64,000 nt of DNA from Candidatus Zhuqueibacterota bacterium (GTDB lineage: Bacteria > Zhuqueibacterota > Zhuqueibacteria > Thermofontimicrobiales > Thermofontimicrobiaceae), in the NCBI GenBank assembly GCA_049322915.1, contig JBMOPW010000007.1, positions 212,246-276,245 of the forward strand. The letters are read 5' to 3'. The notes under the pieces were generated by a model. It was not told the DNA's origin. It worked only from the letters and a program-made list of their open reading frames with translations, and searched no databases. The position numbers and the translations under genes are program-made. Shown here piece by piece: positions 20,528 to 33,071 of the stretch. Every line of letters begins with the position of its first letter. Within the stretch, counting starts at the first letter, position 1.

Positions 20528-20575
20528 CTAATTAATTCTTACTTTTAAAATTATCTGTTGGAGTCTTAAATTTTA

Positions 20576-20758
20576 ATGTTCCGAAAAATAAACAAATTTT
20601 TACAGGAAGTCAGACAGGAATTGTCTAAGGTCAGTTGGCCAACTCGGCAAGAATTAAAGGGAACGACGTTCATTGTCATCGTTCTGACTCTGTTGCTTAC
20701 TGCATTTATCTGGGTGACGGATAAGGCATTAGAAGGGCTGCTAAACGTAATTTTCTAA
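20576..20758 (+). CDS. secE: Preprotein translocase subunit SecE
   Basis: ELSKVSWPT plus a single TM helix; synteny. Confidence 0.94.
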   Translation: MFRKINKFLQEVRQELSKVSWPTRQELKGTTFIVIVLTLLLTAFIWVTDKALEGLLNVIF

Positions 20759-20789
20759 TCTGAACTGAAAGTAGTTGTTAGAGGGGCTG

Positions 20790-21332
20790 TTGGAAGAACA
20801 AGAGAAAAATTGGTACGTCATTCATGTCCTGTCCGGGCATGAGAATAAGGTGAAAGCCTATATTGAGCATGAAGCAACCCGGATGGGAATTGAAGGTAAG
20901 ATACCTCAAATTCTTGTCCCGTCGGAAGAGGTCACTGAAATGCGCGACGGAAAAAAGAAATTGAAAAATAAAATCTTTTTTCCAGGCTATATTTTAGTCC
21001 AGATGGACGTGGATAAGGATACAATTCATATCATCACCAACACTCCCGGCGTGACTCAATTTTTGGGTTCGAAAAATAAACCCCAGCCCTTGCGTCCCGA
21101 CGAAATAAAGCGGATAATGGGACGTGTGGATGACCTGAAGAATCGAGAACTTTTAGATATTCCTTTCAGTGTTGGTGATCCGATTAAGGTGACCGATGGG
21201 CCGTTTACAGATTTCACCGGTGTTGTTAAAGAAGTCAATGAGGAGAAAAAGAAGGTGAAGGTGATGGTAAGCGTTTTCAACCAATTGACACCTGTAGAAT
21301 TGGATTTTTTACAAGTAGAATTGGAGAAATAA
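20790..21332 (+). CDS. nusG: Transcription termination/antitermination factor NusG
   Basis: WYVIH..SGHENKV, FPGYILV, KOW motif DGPFTDFTG; TTG 20790 after GAGGGG (ORF extends to 20775). Confidence 0.95.
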   Translation: MEEQEKNWYVIHVLSGHENKVKAYIEHEATRMGIEGKIPQILVPSEEVTEMRDGKKKLKNKIFFPGYILVQMDVDKDTIHIITNTPGVTQFLGSKNKPQPLRPDEIKRIMGRVDDLKNRELLDIPFSVGDPIKVTDGPFTDFTGVVKEVNEEKKKVKVMVSVFNQLTPVELDFLQVELEK

Positions 21333-21338
21333 AACTAA

Positions 21339-21764
21339 ATGGCAAAGAAAATAATAGGATCAATCAAGTTGCAGATCCCAGCTGGCAATGCAACGCCGTC
21401 ACCACCGGTTGGCCCGGCTCTTGGACAACATGGGGTGAATATCATGGAATTTTGTAAAGCCTTCAACGCCCGAACTCAGGAAAAAAAGGGACTCATTATT
21501 CCGGTCATCATTACCGTCTATGCAGACCGCTCGTTTACATTTATCACCAAAACCCCACCGGCGCCCATCTTGTTGAAACGGGCTGCGGGACTTGAAAAAG
21601 GCTCAGGTGAACCAAATCGTAATAAAGTAGGCAAGGTGACCAGAGCCCAGGTGCGCGAGATTGCAGAAACAAAATTGCAGGATCTCAATGCATTTTCCAT
21701 TGAGATGGCAATGCGGATGATCGAGGGCACTGCCCGGAGCATGGGGATTACGGTTGAGGATTAA
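21339..21764 (+). CDS. rplK: 50S ribosomal protein L11
   Basis: [20 protein letters not shown]. Confidence 0.98.
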   Translation: MAKKIIGSIKLQIPAGNATPSPPVGPALGQHGVNIMEFCKAFNARTQEKKGLIIPVIITVYADRSFTFITKTPPAPILLKRAAGLEKGSGEPNRNKVGKVTRAQVREIAETKLQDLNAFSIEMAMRMIEGTARSMGITVED

Positions 21765-21800
21765 TCTTATTCGGAAATTATCTGTTTTCACGGAGATAAT

Positions 21801-22502
21801 ATGAAAAGAAGTAAGCGATTTAATGAACAGTTATCAAAACTTGAAAAGAACAAGGCGTACGAATTAGAGCCGGCAATTTCTTTGATGAAGGATATGGCAA
21901 CGGCCAAATTTGACGAATCCGTTGATGTGGCGATTCGTCTGGGTGTCGATCCGCGTCATGCGGATCAAATGGTGCGTGGAACCGTATCCCTACCTCATGG
22001 AACTGGAAAAACGGTGAGAGTCCTTGTTTTGACAAAAGGTGGCAAAGAGAAAGAGGCAAAAGACGCAGGCGCTGACCACGTGGGTCTGGAAGAATACGTG
22101 GAAAAATTGCAGCAAGGCTGGATGGAATGCGACGTCATCATTGCCACCCCAGACGTCATGAGCACCGTCGGTAAGCTGGGTCGAGTTCTAGGGCCTAAAG
22201 GCTTGATGCCAAACCCGAAAAGCGGAACGGTGACGTTTGAAGTCGGCCAGGCAGTCAAAGATGTGAAAGCCGGTCGAATCGATTTCCGGGTGGATCGCAA
22301 TGGCATTCTTCATGTTGCCGCTGGCAAGGCCTCGTTCAGCGCAGTCCAGATCAAAGATAATGTCAAGGCTCTGTTAGAAACGATTGTTCGATTGAAGCCG
22401 ACTTCAGCAAAAGGACAATATATTCGTTCTGTGACCTTGTCGACCACTATGGGACCTGGCATCAAATTGGACAGGGCTGCTATAATGGAAGAATTGAAAT
22501 AA
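21801..22502 (+). CDS. rplA: 50S ribosomal protein L1
   Basis: KFDESVD, LPHGTGK, GLMPNPK, TMGPG. Confidence 0.98.
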   Translation: MKRSKRFNEQLSKLEKNKAYELEPAISLMKDMATAKFDESVDVAIRLGVDPRHADQMVRGTVSLPHGTGKTVRVLVLTKGGKEKEAKDAGADHVGLEEYVEKLQQGWMECDVIIATPDVMSTVGKLGRVLGPKGLMPNPKSGTVTFEVGQAVKDVKAGRIDFRVDRNGILHVAAGKASFSAVQIKDNVKALLETIVRLKPTSAKGQYIRSVTLSTTMGPGIKLDRAAIMEELK

Positions 22503-22539
22503 GTGAAATTAATTCTTTGGTATTAAGGAATAGAGACAA

Positions 22540-23058
22540 ATGGCAAAACCTGAAAAAGAACAAATTGTCGCTGAGATGATAGCTAAAATGTCATCGTCCA
22601 ATAGCATTTACCTGGCAGATTACAAAGGGTTGAACGTTGAGCAGATTAGTGACCTCAGAACGCAACTTCGAAAAGCGAAAGTTGAGTTTACGGTCGTAAA
22701 GAACACCCTGGCTAGAATTTCAGCGCGAGAAATTGGGCTGGAAGATTTGAGCGACTATTTCACCGGCCCAACTGCCGTTGCTATTAGCCAGGACGATCCG
22801 ATCATCGGGGCAAAAATTCTCACCGAATTTCAGAAGAAAAACGATAAACTGAGCTTGAAAGCCTGTGTGCTGGAAGGCCATGTTTATGATAAAAATCGAA
22901 TCGACGAGATTGCCAAGCTACCGCCCAAAGAGCAAGTGATTGCGCAAACGGTTGGCATGATTGGCGCCCCCCTGAGAAATTTGGTAAACGTGTTACATGG
23001 TCTATTGACCGCAACAGTAGTCGTATTAAGCGAAATTAAAAAACAAAAAGAAAACTGA
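22540..23058 (+). CDS. rplJ: 50S ribosomal protein L10
   Basis: DYKGLNV, VVKNTL, FTGPTA; synteny. Confidence 0.96.
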   Translation: MAKPEKEQIVAEMIAKMSSSNSIYLADYKGLNVEQISDLRTQLRKAKVEFTVVKNTLARISAREIGLEDLSDYFTGPTAVAISQDDPIIGAKILTEFQKKNDKLSLKACVLEGHVYDKNRIDEIAKLPPKEQVIAQTVGMIGAPLRNLVNVLHGLLTATVVVLSEIKKQKEN

Positions 23059-23100
23059 TAGTGGCATTTATACAATTAATATTATTACGGAGGATTAGAA

Positions 23101-23574
23101 ATGTCTGATGTAAACGAGAGCAAGGCTACAGTAGAAGAAGCTACTGAAGAGAAAACTCCGGCCAAAAAATCAACAGGCAAAAAGGCAAGCAATGGTGTGA
23201 GCAAGATTGTTGAAACTATCGAAAAATTATCAGTGCTCGAATTGGTTGATTTGATAAAAGAGTTAGAAGAGAAATTTGGAGTTTCTGCTCAAGCTGCTGT
23301 TATGGCCCCAATGGCTATGGCTGGCGTTCCTGCGGCTGCTGCTCAAGAAGTAGCCGAAGAAAAAACCGAATTCGACGCTGTTCTGACAGTTGTCGGCGAC
23401 AAGAAAATCCAGGTTATCAAGGTTGTCCGTGAGATCACCTCGCTGGGTTTGAAAGAAGCCAAAGACCTGGTTGATTCTGCACCGAAGCCGGTAAAAGAAG
23501 CCATTCCCAAAGACGAAGCAGAGTCGATTAAGAAAAAATTCGAAGAGGTTGGTGCTACGATAGAGATTAAGTAA
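23101..23574 (+). CDS. rplL: 50S ribosomal protein L7/L12 with N-terminal extension
   Basis: [40 protein letters not shown] before ATG 23101. Confidence 0.95.
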   Translation: MSDVNESKATVEEATEEKTPAKKSTGKKASNGVSKIVETIEKLSVLELVDLIKELEEKFGVSAQAAVMAPMAMAGVPAAAAQEVAEEKTEFDAVLTVVGDKKIQVIKVVREITSLGLKEAKDLVDSAPKPVKEAIPKDEAESIKKKFEEVGATIEIK

Positions 23575-23610
23575 CTTACTTAATTCCAACAAGATCGTAC
23601 GTTGAGACTG

Positions 23611-23676
23611 AATATTCTTCGAAATCATTATTAGTGCCGGACAGGACCAATTAATGTATTTCGAAGATTATTTTTT
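23611..23676 (+). terminator. Stem-loop plus U-tract between rplL and rpoB (attenuator-like)
   Basis: TCTTCGAAAT (23616-23625) pairs with ATTTCGAAGA (23658-23667), followed by T6. Confidence 0.55.
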
Positions 23677-23722
23677 GTTGAGATCAATTTAGCTGTGGAT
23701 GTTGAAAGGGGTTAATCTCTTC

Positions 23723-26700
23723 ATGTCAACAAAAATAAAGCAGAGAAAAACATTTTCCAAAATTGTGAAAATCGCTGACCTGCCGGATTTGCTCAATATT
23801 CAGTTGGAGTCATTTGAAGAATTTCTTCAAGCCAATATACCTCCAGAAAAGCGAGCAAACGTTGGATTGCAGTCGGTATTCACCGGCATTTTCCCAATTG
23901 TGGATAGTCGGGAGAATTTCATTCTCGAATTTGTATCATATTATCTCGAGAAACCGAAGTATAATTTGAAAGAATGTCAGGAACGCGGTGGTACTTTTTC
24001 GGTGCCATTGAAGGCGAAACTGCGCCTGTCTGTGAAAGACCCTGATAGCGAGGAAGAAGAGATAACAGATACAATCGAGCAAATTGTCTATTTGGGCAAT
24101 ATCCCGGTTATGACGAATCGTGGAACGTTCATCATCAACGGCGCGGAGCGAATTGTCGTAAGCCAGTTGCACCGCTCGCCGGGCGTTTTCTTTGATGAAA
24201 TGAAACATCCCAATGGTTCAAAAATCTTTTCTGCCAGGATCATCCCCTTGCGCGGTTCGTGGTTGGAATTCCTCACGGATATCAACGACGTCATGTATGT
24301 TTACATTGACCGTCGGAAGAAATTCCCGGTAACCGCTTTGCTTCGCGCCCTCGGCTATTCTTCGGATCAGCAATTGTTCGAATTGTTCGATCTGATTGAA
24401 GAAGTGGATGTGAACGATCCGAAAATCGAATCGTTTGTGGACCATACGGTGTTGCTCGATATCATCGACTATTCAACCGGTGAAATTCTAGTAGAGAAAA
24501 ATTCGGTGCTGGATATAGATATTTTAGCCCGCATCAAAAAGGACACCGACATCAAGTCAATTCGATTTTTGAAACGAACCACCACGGCCAGTCCCGATGT
24601 TATCAATAACACACTTCATAAAGATCCTTCGAAATCCGAGAAGGAGGCATTGGAGTTAATTTATCGGCAACTCCGTTCCGGCGATGCGCCAGACCTTGAA
24701 ACTGCACGAGGTTTGGTGGATCGATTGTTTTTTAATCCAAAACGGTATGATCTTGGACAGGTCGGACGCTATCGGCTGAACAAGAAGTTGCATTTGGATA
24801 TTGATCTCAATTTGACAGTGCTGACTAAAGAAGACATTGTTTCCATCATTAAATACTTGCTCGATCTGAGGAATGCAAAACGCTCCTCAGATGATATCGA
24901 TCATCTGGGCAATAGACGAATCAAAACCGTGGGCGAGCAATTGGCAGCTCAAATGAGCGTGGGTTTATCCCGAATGGCTCGGACGGTCAAAGAGCGGATG
25001 AATCTCCGCGAGAATGAGAACCTCACTCCTCAGGATTTGATCAACGCTCGAACGATACTTTCGGTCATTAATACGTTTTTTGGCACCAGCCAGCTATCTC
25101 AGTTTATGGATCAAACCAATCCATTGGCTGAAATGACGCATAAACGCCGGCTCTCAGCATTAGGGCCTGGTGGTTTGACGCGCGAGCGCGCCGGCTTCGA
25201 AGTGCGCGACGTCCATTACACCCATTACGGCCGGCTTTGTCCCATTGAAACGCCTGAAGGACCGAACATCGGTCTCATTTCGTCGTTGACGACATTCGCG
25301 CGCATCAATAATCTAGGCTTTATTGAAACGCCGTATCGAAAAGTCGTGGACGGAAAGGTGACCGATGAAATTCATTATCTTTCCGCCGACGATGAGGAAC
25401 AATTGCGCATTGCTCAGGCCAACGCTCCCATCAAAGAAGACGGGAGTTTCATCAACGAACGCGTTCAGGTGCGATTCCGCGGTGATTTCCCATTGGTTGC
25501 CCCGGATATGGTCGATTATATGGACGTATCTCCGACGCAGATGGTCTCGGCGGCTGCTTCGCTCATTCCATTCCTGGAACATGACGACGCTAACCGCGCG
25601 CTGATGGGATCCAACATGCAGCGCCAGTCTGTGCCGCTGCTGCAACCGGAGGCGCCGATTGTGGGTACCGGCCTTGAAGGCAAAGTTGCACGTGACTCTC
25701 GCGCGATCATTGTCAGCGAAACGAATGGCGTTATTGAGAAAGTATCGGCGGACGAAATTATCGTTCGCAGCGATGAAGAAGAGCCTACCGAAGAGTTAGA
25801 TCGGGAACGAATTCTCGATTTTGAACATGATGAGAAAAAGTCGTATTCGCTCACAAAGTTCATGCGGACGAACCAGGATACGTGTATTAACCAGATTCCC
25901 ATTGTCAATGAGGGCGATCGCGTGAAGGTCGGCAGTGTTTTAGCCGATGGGTGTGGCACCCAGGGCGGTGAATTGGCTCTGGGTAAAAATGTGCTGGTTG
26001 CGTTCATGCCCTGGCGCGGATATAACTTTGAAGATGCGATTGTTATTTCTGAACGCGTTGTTCAGGACGATATTTATACTTCCATCCACATCGAAGAATT
26101 CGAACTTCAGGTCCGCGATACGAAGCGCGGCGAAGAAGAATTGACGCGAGAAATTCCCAACATCAGCGAAGAAGCGACCAAAGACCTGGATGAAAATGGC
26201 ATTGTTCGAGTCGGAGCAGAGGTGAAAGAAGGCGATATTCTCGTGGGCAAAGTGACCCCCAAGGGTGAAACCGATCCGACTCCTGAAGAGAAATTGCTCA
26301 AAGCGATTTTTGGTGAGAAAGCCGGCGATGTGAAGGATGCGTCTCTGAAAGCATCCACCGGCCTGAAAGGCATTGTGATCGATACAAGACTCTTCTCCAG
26401 AAAAAAGCGCGATGCAAAGACAAAACGACAGGATAAGAAGAAGATAGAAGAACTGGATGCATGGATTGTTGCTGAGAAGCTGAGAACACGTAAATCGCGC
26501 GACAACAAACTGGTGAGGGTGTTAGACGGTCAATTATCTGCCGGCATTCGAGATCTGGAAACGGGCAAAGTGGTTATCCGAGCCAAGGCGCTCCTGAAAA
26601 AAGATGTGATGAGCGATATCGATTTTGATTCGCTGGATCTGACAAAACCACTGGTGGAAGACGAAGGGCGGAACCAGCTCATCGGCGAAATTCTTGAAAA

Positions 26701-27526
26701 ATATTATGAAAAACTCAGTTCTATTGATGAAGAATATGAGTTGCGGAAATTCAAAATCACGGTGGGTGATGAACTTCCACCGGGAATTGTTCAATTGGCA
26801 AAAGTTTACGTGGCTAAAAAACGTAAGCTTATGGTGGGCGATAAAATGGCGGGTCGCCATGGGAACAAAGGCGTGGTCGCTAGAATTGTCCCCATGGAAG
26901 ATATGCCATTTATGCCCGACGGCACGCCGGTAGATATCGTATTGAATCCATTAGGCGTTCCGTCACGAATGAACCTGGGCCAAATTATGGAAACGAATTT
27001 GGGCTGGGCAGCAAAAATTCTGAACCTGATGTATGCAACCCCTGTTTTCGATGGGGCATCCTTTAAAGAGATACAAGCTGAACTTGAAAAAGCCAACCTG
27101 CCGAAGACGGGCAAGAGCGTCCTCTACGATGGCCAAACTGGAATGAAGTTTGACTCCGAAGTGACGGTAGGTTATATTTATATAATGAAGCTTTCGCATC
27201 TAGTGGAAGATAAAATCCATGCTCGGTCCATTGGGCCGTATTCGCTCATTACCCAACAACCATTGGGTGGCAAGGCGCAATTTGGCGGCCAGCGATTCGG
27301 AGAAATGGAAGTATGGGCGCTGGAAGCGTATGGCGCAGCGCACACATTGCAGGAAATTCTGACGGTCAAATCCGATGATGTGCGCGGTCGATCCAAAGTC
27401 TACGAAGCCATTGTGAAAGGTGATACTCTGCCTGATCCCGGTTTGCCGGAATCGTTCAATGTATTGATTCGCGAACTGATGGGATTGGGGCTGGATGTCG
27501 AATTGCTGGATATCACGGAGGAGTAA
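23723..27526 (+). CDS. rpoB: RNA polymerase subunit beta
   Basis: [44 protein letters not shown]; alternative ATG at 23699. Confidence 0.99.
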   Translation: MSTKIKQRKTFSKIVKIADLPDLLNIQLESFEEFLQANIPPEKRANVGLQSVFTGIFPIVDSRENFILEFVSYYLEKPKYNLKECQERGGTFSVPLKAKLRLSVKDPDSEEEEITDTIEQIVYLGNIPVMTNRGTFIINGAERIVVSQLHRSPGVFFDEMKHPNGSKIFSARIIPLRGSWLEFLTDINDVMYVYIDRRKKFPVTALLRALGYSSDQQLFELFDLIEEVDVNDPKIESFVDHTVLLDIIDYSTGEILVEKNSVLDIDILARIKKDTDIKSIRFLKRTTTASPDVINNTLHKDPSKSEKEALELIYRQLRSGDAPDLETARGLVDRLFFNPKRYDLGQVGRYRLNKKLHLDIDLNLTVLTKEDIVSIIKYLLDLRNAKRSSDDIDHLGNRRIKTVGEQLAAQMSVGLSRMARTVKERMNLRENENLTPQDLINARTILSVINTFFGTSQLSQFMDQTNPLAEMTHKRRLSALGPGGLTRERAGFEVRDVHYTHYGRLCPIETPEGPNIGLISSLTTFARINNLGFIETPYRKVVDGKVTDEIHYLSADDEEQLRIAQANAPIKEDGSFINERVQVRFRGDFPLVAPDMVDYMDVSPTQMVSAAASLIPFLEHDDANRALMGSNMQRQSVPLLQPEAPIVGTGLEGKVARDSRAIIVSETNGVIEKVSADEIIVRSDEEEPTEELDRERILDFEHDEKKSYSLTKFMRTNQDTCINQIPIVNEGDRVKVGSVLADGCGTQGGELALGKNVLVAFMPWRGYNFEDAIVISERVVQDDIYTSIHIEEFELQVRDTKRGEEELTREIPNISEEATKDLDENGIVRVGAEVKEGDILVGKVTPKGETDPTPEEKLLKAIFGEKAGDVKDASLKASTGLKGIVIDTRLFSRKKRDAKTKRQDKKKIEELDAWIVAEKLRTRKSRDNKLVRVLDGQLSAGIRDLETGKVVIRAKALLKKDVMSDIDFDSLDLTKPLVEDEGRNQLIGEILEKYYEKLSSIDEEYELRKFKITVGDELPPGIVQLAKVYVAKKRKLMVGDKMAGRHGNKGVVARIVPMEDMPFMPDGTPVDIVLNPLGVPSRMNLGQIMETNLGWAAKILNLMYATPVFDGASFKEIQAELEKANLPKTGKSVLYDGQTGMKFDSEVTVGYIYIMKLSHLVEDKIHARSIGPYSLITQQPLGGKAQFGGQRFGEMEVWALEAYGAAHTLQEILTVKSDDVRGRSKVYEAIVKGDTLPDPGLPESFNVLIRELMGLGLDVELLDITEE

Positions 27527-27720
27527 GACTCGTTTTACCCGATGAGTGTGTGGTGGATTAAAATGTGGGTTAGGTTTATTTAATGGGTTCAAATAGTTGC
27601 TGTGAGCCGCAGACTTTCTCCCCCTTTCAGTGCTGAAGTTTGTCCGTGCTTTTCAATTTGAAACTCAATAAATAAATAGCGTTCCCAAATCCTGATTACC
27701 ATTTGGGAGGTGTTCCCTTT

Positions 27721-30700
27721 ATGCTGTCAACCAAACAAGACATGACAAGCAAGTCAAATTTCACGGCGATATCCATTAACCTCTCGTCTCCTGATAAAAT
27801 TCTGGAGCGTTCGTATGGAGAGGTCACCAAGCCGGAAACAATCAACTATCGGTCGTTCAAGCCCGAGAAAGACGGGCTGTTTTGCGAGAAAATTTTTGGA
27901 CCGGTACGCGATTGGGAATGTCATTGTGGAAAATATAAACGAATTCGATATAAAGGCATTATCTGTGACCGATGTGGCGTTGAAGTCACAATGAAAAGTG
28001 TTCGCCGCGAACGAATGGGCCATATCACCCTTGCCGTTCCGGTGGTACACATTTGGTACTGGAAATCTCTTCCCTCTAAAATTGGCTACATCCTCGGCAT
28101 GAGCATGTCCGATCTGGAGAAGATCATTTACTACGAATCCTACGTGGTGATTCAGCCCGGGAAGAGCGGCTTAAAGACGAAAGAACTGATCAGCGAAGAA
28201 GAATATTTTCGCCTCATCAGCGAATCCCCCGAAGTCACCGAAGAGACAGAAAACGAGAGCGAGCGGTTCATCGTAAAGATCGGCGGCGAAGCCGTTCTGG
28301 AATTGCTTCGTAACACGAACATCGACACTACCTCTGACGATTTACGGTATCAGAGCCAGGTGGACTCGTCCATGCAGCGAAAAGCCGATGCGCTCAAACG
28401 GTTGAAAGTGATTGAGGCGTTCAAGCGCAGCAAATTTCATAAAGAGAATAAAGCCGACTGGATGGTGATGACTGTTATCCCGGTCATCCCGCCGGAATTG
28501 CGGCCGCTCGTTCCGCTGGAAGGCGGCCGGTTTGCAACATCGGATTTGAACGATTTGTATCGACGGGTGATCATTCGAAATAACCGCCTGAAAAAGCTGC
28601 TGGAAATAAAAGCGCCCGAAGTCATTCTCAGGAATGAAAAACGGATGCTGCAGGAAGCCGTGGATTCGCTTTTCGATAATGGACGCAAGACAGCCGCGGT
28701 TAGATCCGATGGCAACCGCGCCCTGAAATCGTTATCCGATATGCTTCGCGGCAAGCAAGGCCGTTTTCGGCAGAACCTACTTGGTAAACGCATCGACTAT
28801 TCGGGCCGTTCAGTCATTGTGGTCGGACCTGAATTGAAAATGCACGAATGCGGTTTGCCCAAAGAAATGGCGCTGGAATTATTCAAACCTTTTGTCATTC
28901 GGAAACTGGTTGCCCGGGGATTGGTCAAGACCGTGAAGAGCGCCAAGAAGATGGTCGAAAAACGCGGCAGTGAAGTCTGGGAAATTTTGGAGGAGATAAT
29001 CGAAGATCATCCAATCATGCTGAACCGCGCTCCAACGTTGCATCGATTGGGTATTCAGGCATTTCAGCCTGTGCTGATTGAAGGAAAAGCAATTCAGGTA
29101 CATCCGCTCGTCTGCGCCGCTTTCAACGCGGACTTTGATGGCGATCAGATGGCTGTCCATATCCCGCTATCGTTTTTTGCCCAGGTCGAGACGAAGGTGC
29201 TGATGCTTTCGACCCACAATATTCTTTCACCGGCGAACGGCCGACCTGTGGCCGTGCCGAGCCAGGATATTGTGCTGGGCTGCTATTACCTGACGAAAGC
29301 CAAAGCCGGCGATTTTGGAGAGGGGAAACAATTCTCTTCCTCCAGCGAAGTGATTTTAGCGTTCGAAAATGGTGCGGTTGGACTGCACGCCCGGATCAAA
29401 GTTCGCATCAAGGATAAACTGATCGAGACAACGACCGGACGCGTGATATTCAACCTCATTCTACCCAAAGAAATCAGTTTTGTGAATGAGTTGCTCACCA
29501 AAAAACGCGTCGAAGAAATTGTGGCCAATATTTACAGCAAGCTTGGCAATTATAAAACAGCGATCTTCCTGGATGAAATAAAGAAACTGGGTTTTTACTA
29601 CGCCATGAAAGGCGGTATTACCATTGGCCTGGACGATGTGATTACTCCGGAAGAAAAGCCATCGATATTGGCGACTTCGATCAGCCAGGTGGAAAAGATT
29701 ACCAAGCAGTACGAGAACCGGATTATCACTGACGGTGAGCGTTACAATAAAATTATCGATATCTGGACCCACACGACCAGCGATGTCGCCGAGACTATGT
29801 GGGAGAAATTGAAAAAGAATCAGAACGGATTCAATCCTATTTATATGATGGCTGATTCCGGCGCGCGAGGCTCTCGCGAACAAATCCGCCAGTTAGCTGC
29901 CATGCGCGGTTTGATGGCTAAACCGCAAAAGAAAATGACCGGTGAGATGGGCGAAATCATCGAAAACCCGATCATGTCCAATTTTAAAGAAGGACTGACG
30001 GTGTTGGAATATTTCATCTCGACTCACGGCGCTCGCAAGGGTCTCGCTGACACCGCATTGAAGACTGCCGACGCCGGCTATCTGACCCGCCGATTGGTGG
30101 ATGTGGCCCAGGACGTCATCATTACGGAACCTGATTGCGGGACAATTTTAGGACTGCGCATTGGCGATTTGAAAGAAGGCGAAGAAGTGATCGAGCCGTT
30201 GCGCGATCGAATTCTGGGACGCGTCTCGGCAGAAGATGTATTTAATGATGAAGGCAATGTGTTGGTTCAAGCCGGTGATCTTATTAACGAAGAAAAAGCT
30301 GACCAGATATACGATGCCGGCATTGAAAACGTCAATATTCGGTCAGTGTTGACCTGCGAATCCAAACGCGGCGTCTGCTCACTTTGCTACGGACGAAACC
30401 TGGCAACCGGGAAGCTGGTCGGTATTGGAGAAGCCGTGGGGGTGATGGCCGCCCAATCAATCGGCGAACCGGGCACACAGTTGACCCTCCGAACGTTCCA
30501 CATCGGTGGAACCGCGGCGCGTATCGCAGCCCAATCTCAGGCAACGGCCAAACAGGATGGACGAGTCCGCTACGAGAATTTGAAATATGTCGATCGTGAA
30601 GATGGTTATTTCATCGCCATTGCGCGGAATGGAAAAATAAAATTAATTGATGACGACAACAGAACGCAGTCTGTGTACGTTGTGCCGTACGGATCAGAAA

Positions 30701-31974
30701 TTTTGGTGGCCGATAATGTGAACGTGAAACGCGGCGAGGTGCTGTTCCGATGGGATCCGTACGTGACAGGAATCCTGTCGTTCCATTCAGGTCGGGTTGA
30801 ATTTATTGATATTCTGGAAAATATCACCTTCCGTGAAGAATCTGATGAAGCGACTGGCTTGCGTCAGCGCGTGGTGATTGAATCGCGCAACAGAAGCCTG
30901 AGTCCCCAAATAAAGGTGCTGGATGATGATGGAAGAGAACTCAGCTCCTACATTCTGCCAACGCGGTCATCCATTCAGGTGAAAGATGGCGATCGTGTGG
31001 CTGCTGGAGATTCGTTGGTGAAGATACCGCGCGAAATTTCCAAGACACGGGATATCACCGGTGGTCTGCCGCGCGTCGCTGAATTGTTTGAAGCGCGCCG
31101 GCCCAAAGCACCTGCCATAGTGAGCGAAATCGACGGTAAAGTGAAATTCGGTGAAATCAAGCGTGGTGTTCGGAAAGTGACGGTCACTTCTCGTGACCAG
31201 CAAGAAGAAAAGACGTACCAGATTCCGTATGGAAAACACATTCTGGTGCATGATAATGATTATGTGGAAGCAGGTGAAAAACTCTGTGAGGGATCGGTTG
31301 CCCCGCACGATATTTTGAACATCATGGGTGCCAATAGAGTGCAGGAATACCTCGTGAACGAAATTCAGGAAGTGTATCGATTGCAGGGTGTGCGCATTAA
31401 CGATAAACACATTGAGGTTATCGTCCGCCAGATGCTTCAGAAAGTCCGAATTGAAGAAGCGGGCGACACATTCTATCTGCCCGGCGACCAGGTCGACCGT
31501 TTGATTTTCCAGGAAGAAAACAATAAAATCAGAAGTAAGGTGGTTGTTGTTGAAACAGGCGATTCCGAATTCAAAGTCAATCAATTGCTGGATAGAAAGA
31601 CATTTGAATTGGCCAATCAGAAATTGGTGAAGGCGAAGAAAACGCCAGCGAAAGTGCGACCGGCCAAACCAGCAACGTTCCAACCGTTGCTGCTTGGGAT
31701 CACTAAAGCATCGTTAACAACGGAGAGCTTTATTTCGGCAGCATCTTTCCAGGAAACAACCCGAGTTCTGACCGACGCGTCTATCGAAGGGAAAATTGAC
31801 TACCTGAGAGGATTGAAAGAGAACGTTGTGATGGGACATTTGATTCCCGCTGGTACCGGGCTGAACAAGTACAAAGAAATTAAAGTCTACAGCCCGGAGT
31901 TCAGTGAGATGGAAGAACAAATAGCGGATTCAGATGGACAGGAACAAGTTTTAGAGGAAAGTTTGGAGCCGTAA
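27721..31974 (+). CDS. rpoC: RNA polymerase subunit beta'
   Basis: KPETINYR, Zn finger, [33 protein letters not shown] before ATG 27721. Confidence 0.99.
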   Translation: MLSTKQDMTSKSNFTAISINLSSPDKILERSYGEVTKPETINYRSFKPEKDGLFCEKIFGPVRDWECHCGKYKRIRYKGIICDRCGVEVTMKSVRRERMGHITLAVPVVHIWYWKSLPSKIGYILGMSMSDLEKIIYYESYVVIQPGKSGLKTKELISEEEYFRLISESPEVTEETENESERFIVKIGGEAVLELLRNTNIDTTSDDLRYQSQVDSSMQRKADALKRLKVIEAFKRSKFHKENKADWMVMTVIPVIPPELRPLVPLEGGRFATSDLNDLYRRVIIRNNRLKKLLEIKAPEVILRNEKRMLQEAVDSLFDNGRKTAAVRSDGNRALKSLSDMLRGKQGRFRQNLLGKRIDYSGRSVIVVGPELKMHECGLPKEMALELFKPFVIRKLVARGLVKTVKSAKKMVEKRGSEVWEILEEIIEDHPIMLNRAPTLHRLGIQAFQPVLIEGKAIQVHPLVCAAFNADFDGDQMAVHIPLSFFAQVETKVLMLSTHNILSPANGRPVAVPSQDIVLGCYYLTKAKAGDFGEGKQFSSSSEVILAFENGAVGLHARIKVRIKDKLIETTTGRVIFNLILPKEISFVNELLTKKRVEEIVANIYSKLGNYKTAIFLDEIKKLGFYYAMKGGITIGLDDVITPEEKPSILATSISQVEKITKQYENRIITDGERYNKIIDIWTHTTSDVAETMWEKLKKNQNGFNPIYMMADSGARGSREQIRQLAAMRGLMAKPQKKMTGEMGEIIENPIMSNFKEGLTVLEYFISTHGARKGLADTALKTADAGYLTRRLVDVAQDVIITEPDCGTILGLRIGDLKEGEEVIEPLRDRILGRVSAEDVFNDEGNVLVQAGDLINEEKADQIYDAGIENVNIRSVLTCESKRGVCSLCYGRNLATGKLVGIGEAVGVMAAQSIGEPGTQLTLRTFHIGGTAARIAAQSQATAKQDGRVRYENLKYVDREDGYFIAIARNGKIKLIDDDNRTQSVYVVPYGSEILVADNVNVKRGEVLFRWDPYVTGILSFHSGRVEFIDILENITFREESDEATGLRQRVVIESRNRSLSPQIKVLDDDGRELSSYILPTRSSIQVKDGDRVAAGDSLVKIPREISKTRDITGGLPRVAELFEARRPKAPAIVSEIDGKVKFGEIKRGVRKVTVTSRDQQEEKTYQIPYGKHILVHDNDYVEAGEKLCEGSVAPHDILNIMGANRVQEYLVNEIQEVYRLQGVRINDKHIEVIVRQMLQKVRIEEAGDTFYLPGDQVDRLIFQEENNKIRSKVVVVETGDSEFKVNQLLDRKTFELANQKLVKAKKTPAKVRPAKPATFQPLLLGITKASLTTESFISAASFQETTRVLTDASIEGKIDYLRGLKENVVMGHLIPAGTGLNKYKEIKVYSPEFSEMEEQIADSDGQEQVLEESLEP

Positions 31975-32009
31975 ATTACCTGAAAAAGTGAAAAATCTCA
32001 AAAAAAATA

Positions 32010-32038
32010 TTGCTATTTAAAAATATATTCTTTATATT
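32010..32038 (+). promoter_or_regulatory. Promoter of the str operon
   Basis: TTGCTA-N17-TATATT with upstream A-tract. Confidence 0.6.
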
Positions 32039-32068
32039 TAGCGCTTTGTATAAAAACGGAGATCGACA

Positions 32069-32443
32069 TTGCCAACGATTAATCAATTAATTCGTAAAGG
32101 AAGAATCCAGGCTAAGCGAAAAACATCTGCGCCTGCATTAGCGGGTTCGCCACAAAAACGTGGAGTGTGCACGCGCGTTTACACGACGACGCCGAAGAAA
32201 CCGAACTCAGCATTGAGAAAAGTAGCCAGAGTTCGATTATCGAATCAGATTGAAGTGACCGCTTACATCCCTGGAGAAGGCCATAACCTTCAGGAACACT
32301 CCATCGTACTGATTCGCGGTGGTCGCGTTAAAGACCTCCCTGGTGTACGTTATCATATAATTCGTGGAGTATTAGATACCGCTGGTGTCCAGGACCGATC
32401 CCAGGGGCGGTCCAAATACGGTACTAAACGGAAGAAAAGCTAA
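32069..32443 (+). CDS. rpsL: 30S ribosomal protein S12
   Basis: [22 protein letters not shown] start. Confidence 0.99.
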   Translation: MPTINQLIRKGRIQAKRKTSAPALAGSPQKRGVCTRVYTTTPKKPNSALRKVARVRLSNQIEVTAYIPGEGHNLQEHSIVLIRGGRVKDLPGVRYHIIRGVLDTAGVQDRSQGRSKYGTKRKKS

Positions 32444-32476
32444 TTTTATTGAGTAATAAAAAATCTGACTAACTCT

Positions 32477-32947
32477 ATGCCAAGAAGAAAAAGAGTAGTA
32501 GCTCGAGAAATTTTACCGGATCCTAAGTACAACAGCATCGTCATTACGAAGTTTATTAATGGCTTAATGAGTTGTGGGAAAAAAAGCACGGCAGAGAAAA
32601 TTCTGTACGATGCAATTGAAATTATGGAATCGAAATCCGGGAAAAAAGGATTGGATGTCTTTCAGAAAGCCCTGGATAATGTGAAACCAATTCTTGAAGT
32701 GAAATCACGACGAGTGGGTGGCGCAACATACCAGGTTCCTGTTGAAGTAAAAGAGAGTCGACGACAGGCTTTGGCAATCAGGTGGATCATTAGTTACGCG
32801 AGCGCCCGAAACGAGAAATCGATGGCCGAAAAGCTGGCCTCTGAATTGATTTCTGCATCGAAAAGTGAAGGTCCGTCCATAAAAAAGCGTGAAGATACGC
32901 ACAAAATGGCCGAGGCCAACAGGGCATTTGCACACTTTAGATGGTAA
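32477..32947 (+). CDS. rpsG: 30S ribosomal protein S7
   Basis: [24 protein letters not shown]. Confidence 0.99.
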   Translation: MPRRKRVVAREILPDPKYNSIVITKFINGLMSCGKKSTAEKILYDAIEIMESKSGKKGLDVFQKALDNVKPILEVKSRRVGGATYQVPVEVKESRRQALAIRWIISYASARNEKSMAEKLASELISASKSEGPSIKKREDTHKMAEANRAFAHFRW

Positions 32948-33071
32948 TCAATTTGCCGTAATCATGTTCATTTTTCGTGTCACCTGAAAAATCAATGGCT
33001 ATTCTTCTCCACTGCTTTAGGGAGGAATAAGGATAAGTTGATTCTCTCTAATTTGTTCGGTGGAGTTTTTT

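Noticed and set aside
20316..20531. 71-aa ORF in the track
   Set aside because: Wrong frame; it overlaps the true rpmG and tRNA-Trp.
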